From a bacterium (GTDB lineage: Bacteria > SZUA-182 > DTGQ01 > JAFGSM01), in the NCBI GenBank assembly GCA_049472335.1, contig JBLIRO010000073.1, positions 1 through 24,490 of the forward strand: 24,490 nt of DNA. Direction: 5' to 3'. The notes beneath the pieces are model-generated. The model saw nothing but the letters and a program-made list of their open reading frames with translations, was not told the DNA's origin and ran no database searches. Of this stretch, positions 8,899 to 15,910 are shown piece after piece (position 1 is the stretch's first letter; every line of letters begins with the position of its first letter). Made by a program: the position numbers and the translations under genes.

Positions 8899-10533
8899 TT
8901 ATTCTGAAATGATATTTATAATAGCCTCCTTAATTTCATCATCAAAACCGGAATATGCCTTGTCTTTGATATAAATAACCGGAAAATAACCGAAATTTCC
9001 TGATATGCCTTCACTTGAGCCAAACTCTGCCTTCATGGCATTAAAGGCATCCCAGAATCCCTCGTCACTGGTCAGATGTTCTTCGATGGGATAATCTATC
9101 GTGACGGCAAAATCAAGAAAAGCCAGACACATAGGGCCGGTTCCGTTATGAAATACGACGATCTTCTCTCCAACATTGCCTCCAAGCCCTTCTATTGGCG
9201 GAAAATCATTAATAGAACAAGGATTGTCCACATTGGATTCTTCATCCAGCGGGATTAGGGGCTTAGGCGTGGTATATTGTACTTCTCTGTTATCTGGTAT
9301 TTCCGAAAAAGATTCCGTAATATCAACCTTTCCGAAAGTGTCTAAATCTACCCATGTTACATCTGTATTATCAAAAAAGTTCAGGTACTCAGAATTCCAT
9401 GCAGCCTTCATTCCTCCGATATATGTATGGGACACAGGAGAGATCTTGTCATATTCCAAGGCAGCAAATAACTCATCTCCAAATTCTTCCGGTGATCCTT
9501 CTCTAGCCCAATAACTGTAATCGCAAAGACTTCCTGTGCCCCATTTCTCTGAGGAAACATTTGAAACAGAAAAAATCCTGACATTATATTCTTCAGGTTG
9601 ATAAATCGTTGCCCTTGCGCCAGTAGTTCCTCTGGCTAAAACAAAGGGGATTCCAAGCGATTCGGCTGCTATTACAGTATTTTCATCATAGGCAAAATAT
9701 CTTGATCCGAATACCCTCATAGGCTTTCCGGTACATGCCTCAATGGTCTCTTTGGTTTCTCTCATAGCGTCATACTGCTCATCATAGGATACATCCCAAA
9801 AAGGTTTTTGGGGATATACCCCGCCTATTTCCACACCATAGTTTTGCAGCTTCTTGATATTTTGGCAGTTTTCGGTGACAAAATCAGCGGTGACTATAAG
9901 CAGTGATGGAATATCCCTTTTTTGTAATTCATAGACAAAATTGTTAAGCCCGTCTGTGCCTTCAAACTCTATAAGTAACATCAGACCTTGGGTATCGATT
10001 GTTTCTTCTGATTTCTTGGGTTCCTTAACCATACATGAACATCCCTGTCCCTGGCTTGAATTGTAAAATGGATATACTGAATAGTTCAAAGTATAGATAT
10101 TTGGTGTGTCAAATCTATACGTATAGATATTTCTATTAGTATAATTTCCCCACAAATTAAGCCCGAAAATGGATTGCCCTGTTTGCCAGTTTAAGTTGCC
10201 GTATTGATTCATGGAATTGATAGTCCAGAGGTTTGGTTTGGAGCCGGTATTATATGTGCTGTTCATAAATGAGGAGATAGATAAATTCATCGATGAACTA
10301 TTAGAATTAAGAAACTTAGTCCACGTTGATAATCCGCTGGCAGCATCTTTTGACCTTGAAGAAGGGAAAGTAGATAGATTCATCCAATAGTTGTACTGAA
10401 AGTATTGGTTATAAGATTTTAGGTCCTGCAATGCTGAATTTGATAACTGAGCGAAGGCAAAGGAATAAAAAATGATTGATACTAATACTGGTAAAACAAT
10501 AATATAAAACTTTCGAACCTTTTTCCTGTTCAT
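8899..10533 (-). CDS. Secreted protein: low-complexity N/S/Y/Q region, GCSC, degenerate CE4/NodB-like domain, glutaredoxin-like C-terminus
   Basis: SD AAGGAGG; signal peptide ending SFAFA. The NodB-like spacing is kept but the motifs are altered (IEFEG, VEIGGVYP, RVFGSRYF, VSHT). The C-terminus has GPMC and FPVIYI...YSGF. Confidence 0.75.
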   Translation of the reverse strand: MNRKKVRKFYIIVLPVLVSIIFYSFAFAQLSNSALQDLKSYNQYFQYNYWMNLSTFPSSRSKDAASGLSTWTKFLNSNSSSMNLSISSFMNSTYNTGSKPNLWTINSMNQYGNLNWQTGQSIFGLNLWGNYTNRNIYTYRFDTPNIYTLNYSVYPFYNSSQGQGCSCMVKEPKKSEETIDTQGLMLLIEFEGTDGLNNFVYELQKRDIPSLLIVTADFVTENCQNIKKLQNYGVEIGGVYPQKPFWDVSYDEQYDAMRETKETIEACTGKPMRVFGSRYFAYDENTVIAAESLGIPFVLARGTTGARATIYQPEEYNVRIFSVSNVSSEKWGTGSLCDYSYWAREGSPEEFGDELFAALEYDKISPVSHTYIGGMKAAWNSEYLNFFDNTDVTWVDLDTFGKVDITESFSEIPDNREVQYTTPKPLIPLDEESNVDNPCSINDFPPIEGLGGNVGEKIVVFHNGTGPMCLAFLDFAVTIDYPIEEHLTSDEGFWDAFNAMKAEFGSSEGISGNFGYFPVIYIKDKAYSGFDDEIKEAIINIISE

Positions 10534-10884
10534 CGTACTAACCTCCTTTAACTGACTAACAAAACTCTCAGAAAATCCGATCCGATACGAATTTCTAAAA
10601 GGTTAAACTCAGTGAAATAAAAAAATTTCAATCCAAAATCATATTTTAACTTTTTTAAGGCCTTCAATATGATATTTGATAGCAGTTTAATAATTTTATA
10701 TAGAACGTTTGGAAATGATATCTGGTAAAATAAATAAAAGCACTATCTGACCATAATGTATTAAGGCTTTATGGCCTTTATTTGTACTGCTTAAATTCAT
10801 AACAATATTTTTAAAATTTTATAAATTCTATGATTTAATCTGTTAAAGATTCTATTAATTCACCTCCCCGGATTAAAATTATTC

Positions 10885-11301
10885 TTATGGATTATATATA
10901 GATCCAAATCCCCTCAAATTTTTTTGAAGATCCAATTCGATATTTCTGTGCCTTTCGGATATCCGTGCTAATATAAGCTCTAATTCATCGAAATGAATCG
11001 GTTTTTTAAGATAAGAATACACACTATACGAAAATGCCTTGTGAAACGGCAGAATGGAAGACATGACAATGATGTCGGCATTTGGATATTTTTTATGGAT
11101 TTCGGCTATTATTTTAATACCGTTTTCCTTTGGCATTTTTAGATCAACTATAATGACGTCCACGAATACATCTTCACTTTTCTTGGTGCTCAAAAATTCA
11201 GAGATAGAATTAAAGGAAACCACATCATAGCCCAAATCTTTGAGAAAACTATGGATAGTTTTTGTTACTATCAGCTCATTATCTATTAAATATATGCGCA
11301 T
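10885..11301 (-). CDS. Single-domain response regulator (receiver only)
   Basis: IYLIDNE, phospho-Asp in IIVDLKMP, IVMSS, YLKKP; no output domain. Confidence 0.88.
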   Translation of the reverse strand: MRIYLIDNELIVTKTIHSFLKDLGYDVVSFNSISEFLSTKKSEDVFVDVIIVDLKMPKENGIKIIAEIHKKYPNADIIVMSSILPFHKAFSYSVYSYLKKPIHFDELELILARISERHRNIELDLQKNLRGFGSIYNP

Positions 11302-11404
11302 CTGACAACCATCCTTCTACAATGAAACTACTAAGGGGGATAATTTATAAATAATTTTTAAAATTATTGCCATGCCTTACGATTTTTTCATTGCATCCTT
11401 ATAG

Positions 11405-11420
11405 AGCAATAGTAGTGCCA
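11405..11420 (-). promoter_or_regulatory. sigma54 (-24/-12) promoter P1
   Basis: Minus strand reads TGGCACTACTATTGCT, matching TGGCAC-N5-TTGCW. Predicted +1 is near 11394, about 90 nt before the receiver gene. Confidence 0.8.
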
Positions 11421-11502
11421 AAAGGTATATAACTAAAAAATACTTTTAATACAGACAGTTAAAGGAAAAATTAATTCAAAAAATAAATGCATTGAGAAGT
11501 AT

Positions 11503-11534
11503 TTTGGTAACTTTTACTATTAAAAGTTACCAAA
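11503..11534. promoter_or_regulatory. Perfect palindrome, candidate enhancer (UAS) for a sigma54 activator
   Basis: TTTGGTAACTTTTA-ctat-TAAAAGTTACCAAA (14-bp arms), centred about 125 bp upstream of the predicted P1 +1. Confidence 0.6.
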
Positions 11535-11599
11535 TCAATATCTTGAACATGTCTGTATGTTGTTAAGAAGATCATAAATAAACCTGTTTCTGGGAACCG

Positions 11600-11669
11600 G
11601 CCAGCGAAGCTCCGCCTCAAGCTGACAAGGCTTAAGACCGCTTATATGGCGAAGCTTCGCGGTGCTGGC
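11600..11669. repeat. GC-rich REP-like hairpin just 3' of the 11679 gene
   Basis: GCGAAGCTCCGCC (11604-11616) pairs with GGCGAAGCTTCGC (11648-11660) at 12/13, and GCCAGC/GCTGGC form outer arms; flanks are AT-rich. Confidence 0.5.
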
Positions 11670-11678
11670 TGCTGGATA

Positions 11679-12170
11679 CTAGTAATAAAAATAATTAGAG
11701 ACATAGCCAGGGCAGTATAATGGGATGTGACATGCCCCACGGGAAACACAGGTTTTTTTCTCAAATATTAAGCTACATCCAAGGGGTACACCAGAGTAAA
11801 GCGATTGTACATAAGATGGCCTGTTTAAAAATGTCGATATTGAATTTGTATAATTCGAAGATCCTGATTTGGTGAAAGAATCGACCCATCCCCATAACCA
11901 GGGATTTACAAAGGTGGTATCAGGAAATCCATAGTCAAAATAGTTATAATGGTCATATGAATAATTCTGTTGAGGGAAAGAGATCCCATATTCTCCTGAA
12001 TACCAGGAACTAATAAATAATTCATCCCAATAATCGGCTTGATTTGATATATTGAGTTTATAGAATTCAAGAGGATTATTCTGAGCACTTCCAACTGTAA
12101 CAAAAAGGATTGTTATCGATAAAAATATGGTCAATATAGAATTTATTGATATTTTTAACATCCTTGTCAT
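11679..12170 (-). CDS. Secreted Y/S/N/F-rich hypothetical protein with four C-terminal Cys
   Basis: Hydrophobic signal ending VGSA-Q; C-terminus GCSLIFEKKTCVSRGACHIPLYC. SD AGGAG abuts ATG 12179, so ATG 12170 is the more likely start. Confidence 0.7.
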   Translation of the reverse strand: MTRMLKISINSILTIFLSITILFVTVGSAQNNPLEFYKLNISNQADYWDELFISSWYSGEYGISFPQQNYSYDHYNYFDYGFPDTTFVNPWLWGWVDSFTKSGSSNYTNSISTFLNRPSYVQSLYSGVPLGCSLIFEKKTCVSRGACHIPLYCPGYVSNYFYY

Positions 12171-12188
12171 TTTAATCATCTCCTTTTT

Positions 12189-12863
12189 CTAAGATCCTTC
12201 AAAACATATAAAATACAAACTTAGATAATTGACTGACGGGATACCGGACAATTGGGTTGGAAATGTATACCCCAATGAGTCTCCCGAAGAGACAGAGAGG
12301 GTTGGATCCCTATGAAAAAGTATGCATTTGGTTGTATCCAGATCTTTACGCTCATAGAGGCATTTCTGAATCGACAACCTGGGGTTTTGAGCGCCGTCAG
12401 GCAGATAATTATAATATTGATTAAACATACCCACTGGATTTACCAATGATTGGTAGTTACCGGAAATCTGATTGAAGATGATATCCGTGGATAAAGGATC
12501 GTTTGTAAGAAATAGATTGTAGTCCTGCACACCACTGCTCATTCCATTATAGCCATATATCATGCCCCCGTAATGGATGGATTGAGGCATAAAAGTACCA
12601 GTCTGTGCGTAGAACATGTTGAAATCGCTCATGGTTCGGCCCCGGGTGAGGGTATCATCCCGTGACATGGAATATAATGAAGAATCGCTGTATACAGATG
12701 TCTGTATATCAGATGGGACGAATAACCATGTTGAATAATAATTCTGAAAAAATAGATTTAAATAATCATCTCCCTGAGAATATGATACACATACAGCACT
12801 AAATGTTAGACCAAAGGTCAAAAATATGATAAAGATACAAAGTTTCCAATTCCTTGCTCTCAT
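12189..12863 (-). CDS. Secreted Y/S/N/Q-rich hypothetical protein
   Basis: SD AAGGAG; basic then hydrophobic N-terminus; low-complexity body with three C-terminal Cys. The short gap to the next gene suggests an operon. Confidence 0.72.
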   Translation of the reverse strand: MRARNWKLCIFIIFLTFGLTFSAVCVSYSQGDDYLNLFFQNYYSTWLFVPSDIQTSVYSDSSLYSMSRDDTLTRGRTMSDFNMFYAQTGTFMPQSIHYGGMIYGYNGMSSGVQDYNLFLTNDPLSTDIIFNQISGNYQSLVNPVGMFNQYYNYLPDGAQNPRLSIQKCLYERKDLDTTKCILFHRDPTLSVSSGDSLGYTFPTQLSGIPSVNYLSLYFICFEGS

Positions 12864-12929
12864 TTCTTCACTCCTTTTATTTATAAATTGCTATTAGAAA
12901 TCTGATAGAAGAATAAATTTGTAAAATTC

Positions 12930-13058
12930 AGTTGTTTTAAAGAGAACAAAAGGTTTTTGTCTTTAAATATGAAAAATTGAGAATGAATTCATTTATGATT
13001 TTCTTTAAACCTGTTGCCAATATTTCAAGACCTGACCTTGAAAACATTTAAAACAACT
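12930..13058 (-). repeat. Structured leader element, copy A
   Basis: Minus-strand 13037-12959 aligns without gaps to + strand 23349-23427 at 65/79 identity. It is enclosed by a perfect 12-bp inverted repeat (12930-12941 and 13047-13058). Confidence 0.75.
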
Positions 13059-13209
13059 AATTTGTTGCGGAATTTTCTAATGCCATCAGGTTTTACAATT
13101 TAAAAGGTTAAATATAATATTTTTCCTCCTGAGATACTGAAAAATAAGAAATTTGATAATAATAAAAATGATGATTTTTTTGGATCACTTATATTTCATT
13201 TTTAATATC

Positions 13210-13225
13210 TGCAATAGATATGCCT
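13210..13225 (-). promoter_or_regulatory. sigma54 (-24/-12) promoter P2
   Basis: Minus strand reads AGGCATATCTATTGCA (GG-N10-GC). It shares an upstream 22-mer with P1 at nearly the same distance. Predicted +1 is near 13199. Confidence 0.65.
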
Positions 13226-13318
13226 ATATGTTCAAAAGTTTATTTTTTCTTTAAAAACAGAGTATTATAGATTTTTATGATTTTTATATTTTGATTGATA
13301 GGAGTCTTGCTTAGAAAC

Positions 13319-13351
13319 ATTTACTAATAAAAATTAACAAAATTAGTAAAT
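13319..13351. promoter_or_regulatory. Candidate UAS of P2
   Basis: TTTACTAATAAAAATTAACAAA (13320-13341) matches 11513-11534 at 19/22; it also lies within the inverted repeat ATTTACTAAT-N13-ATTAGTAAAT. Confidence 0.55.
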
Positions 13352-13655
13352 ATTTCTAAGAATGATATATGATAATTGTCAATATCTTAAGAAGGTATTA
13401 AAGGAGAACATTGTGATTATTTACAAAAATGATTCTAAACCAGCAATTCTAATTTTAGGCTATAATCTTTTATTCTTAATATATAACTTCAATATTTGGT
13501 TTTATTAATATTAAACTCTGATAATAAGTTCTCTAAAATACAGTGTTAATCAAAAATTGTAAAAATATCATACAAAATGAATCTCTGAACAATATGGATA
13601 AAGAACGATATCCTTAAGCACATGATCCAATTACAGTGAATCGACTTATAGGAGA

Positions 13656-14249
13656 TTATTCTGCACACCCACATCCATCAGATTGATTACTACCGGATGG
13701 AACGTAAGCCCAAGATGATGATTGATAGCTAAATGGATTTGCCCAGGTTCCTCTCATGAACCTATCCAAATCTGTCCAATTACTCAAATAAGTTCCGAAT
13801 TGATAAGGCTGTATTGATTGCAGATTGCCAAACTGGTTTATTCCTATGCCTGATAAAAGTCCAAACGAATTCATCCAGTTACCAGACTGAGTGACAAATT
13901 GATTAATCCTCATGGACGACAAATTGCTATACTGATACATTTCTGTTCTTTGCAAATCATAAGCGTTGTTCATGAAGGTCCCTGCCTGGTTGGAATACAT
14001 ATTCGTCCATTTGGTCGGCATACTGCTCCATAGGTTGAGATTGGTTACTGACATTCCATAGGTTTTATTCATCCAATCACTAGTTTGAAATAAAGGAAAA
14101 ATCAATCCAGAATAATTATTTGATAAAGATTGAGGGAAATTGGTCATTTGAGATTGTGAAGAAGTTGTGGTTTGGAGGAAAAATAAGGTAATGGAAATAA
14201 TAATTAGGACCAAAATTAAGCTAAGTTTATTATATTTTTGCCGTTTCAT
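13656..14249 (-). CDS. Secreted N/Q/S/M-rich protein ending in GCGC
   Basis: Basic then hydrophobic signal peptide; recurring WMN/FMN and INQF units; C-terminus SDGCGCAE; collinear similarity to the N-terminal region of 8899-10533. Confidence 0.75.
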   Translation of the reverse strand: MKRQKYNKLSLILVLIIISITLFFLQTTTSSQSQMTNFPQSLSNNYSGLIFPLFQTSDWMNKTYGMSVTNLNLWSSMPTKWTNMYSNQAGTFMNNAYDLQRTEMYQYSNLSSMRINQFVTQSGNWMNSFGLLSGIGINQFGNLQSIQPYQFGTYLSNWTDLDRFMRGTWANPFSYQSSSWAYVPSGSNQSDGCGCAE

Positions 14250-14523
14250 GTCAAATTATCCTTAACCTTTTGTCTTTAACTTGGCCTAAAAGATCCAAGT
14301 AAAAAAAATATCGAAAATTAAATTAAATCATTTTTATCACCTCTTTACTAATATATTGTAACACCTTTTTATTTTTTAATCTAATCTACTTAACAAGCTC
14401 TTTCTGATAATATATCCAACTTTTAATTAATATGATAATTGATAAAATTCGTTAAAGTATTTTGGGCCTTTTTACAAAAAAGGCCTTTAAATGACAAAAT
14501 GACTCATTATTATTCCATCAAGG

Positions 14524-15894
14524 TTATGATATGCCTAATTTTTTCATCTTGTAATGAAGTGTGGAATAAGGCATCCCGAGATCTTTGGCTGCCTTGCGCC
14601 GGTTCCATCTGGCTTGTTCAAGGGCATTTAAAATAATGTTGCGCTCATTTTCACTGTCTGCCTGACCGGAGTTGTATCGAACATCCATGGAATAACTTTT
14701 AAGATTGAGATGTTTTGACTCTATTTTACCATATTGACAGAGAATTGCCGCCCGTTCCACAAGATTACGTAACTCACGAACGTTACCTGGGAAATCGTAT
14801 TTAATAATTGCTTCCTTTGCTTCATCTGAAAAGCCGTCGATATGAAGGCCCCTTCCTTTTATATAGGTTGAAAGAAAGTGTTCTGCAAGTGGGATAATAT
14901 CTGAACGTCTTTCGCGAAGAGGGGGGAGTTTAATTGTGAAAATATTAAGCCTGTAAAATAAATCTTCACGGAATTTCTTGGTTTTTACCATGTCCTCTAA
15001 AGAAACATTGGTAGCTCCAATTAAACAAATATTTACATCAATTTCTTTTAATCCTCCTAAACGTCTCAGTTTTCGTGTCTCAAGGACCCTAAGAAGTTTT
15101 GACTGTGCAGAAGGGGACAAATCCGAGGCTTCATCAAGGAAAAGTGTGCCTCCGTCTGCAAGTTCAAAATAACCAGCTTTGTCCATTGTTGCGCCGGTAA
15201 ATGAACCTCTTACATGACCAAATAGCTCGCTCTCGATAAGTGTATCAGGTATTGCCGGGCAACTCACTGCTATAAAAGGCCTTTCTTCATTCCCACCTAA
15301 AAAATGTATTTCCCTGGCAACGATCTCTTTTCCTGTTCCGGTTTCTCCTGTAATCAATATAGTTTCGCACTTTGATTCAACGGCCAGTTGGATTTGTCTA
15401 CGCACCTCGCATATTTTTTTGCTTATGCCTATTAATGATCTGTTTCTGATTCGAAGGTCCTCTGAGATTTGAATTCCGCGTATGGTTTCTTTAAGGTGTC
15501 GATGACCTTTGCGCAGGTAGCGTATTTGAGCGGTTTTCTCTAAAACTGCATCCAGCTCAAGGAGTTTAATCGGTTTGTTCAGGAAATCCACTGCGCCTAA
15601 TCTTAAGGCGTTTATGACCATTTCCATATTTCCATGACCTGTAATCATAACCGCAGGCACCTCAGGACGAATTGCCGAAATCTTAGGCAATAAGGAGAGC
15701 CCGTCCTCACCTGGCAGGAGAATATCAATCAAGATCAGGTCATAATCATGGGCCTTGATCTTATTCAAAGCTGTGTTCCCTTCATATGCGCTATCTACAG
15801 AATGGCCTGAGTCATGCAGATAGCGGCTTAAGGTATGATGCAATATTTTTTCATCATCGATTATTAAGATTTGCAATGATTTTTCATCCGTCAT
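14524..15894 (-). CDS. NtrC-family sigma54-dependent response regulator (REC, AAA+, Fis-type HTH)
   Basis: IIDDE/LIDILLP receiver, GETGTGKE, ESELFGH, GSFTGA, LFLDEA, FREDLFYRLN, PGNVREL and a C-terminal HTH. Confidence 0.96.
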   Translation of the reverse strand: MTDEKSLQILIIDDEKILHHTLSRYLHDSGHSVDSAYEGNTALNKIKAHDYDLILIDILLPGEDGLSLLPKISAIRPEVPAVMITGHGNMEMVINALRLGAVDFLNKPIKLLELDAVLEKTAQIRYLRKGHRHLKETIRGIQISEDLRIRNRSLIGISKKICEVRRQIQLAVESKCETILITGETGTGKEIVAREIHFLGGNEERPFIAVSCPAIPDTLIESELFGHVRGSFTGATMDKAGYFELADGGTLFLDEASDLSPSAQSKLLRVLETRKLRRLGGLKEIDVNICLIGATNVSLEDMVKTKKFREDLFYRLNIFTIKLPPLRERRSDIIPLAEHFLSTYIKGRGLHIDGFSDEAKEAIIKYDFPGNVRELRNLVERAAILCQYGKIESKHLNLKSYSMDVRYNSGQADSENERNIILNALEQARWNRRKAAKDLGMPYSTLHYKMKKLGIS

Positions 15895-15910
15895 TATAGA
15901 CCTGTTTATT

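Noticed and set aside
10739..10753. Possible sigma54 promoter TGGTCAGATAGTGCT upstream of 10533
   Set aside because: GG-to-GC spacing is 9 nt rather than the required 10.
14344..14365. Third copy of the UAS-like motif upstream of the GCGC gene
   Set aside because: Only 16/22 match in very AT-rich DNA, with no correctly spaced -24/-12 element at the expected distance.
14465..14485. Palindrome GGCCTTTTT-aca-AAAAAGGCC after the activator gene
   Set aside because: Weak stem and no U-tract on the - strand; cannot be called a terminator or operator.
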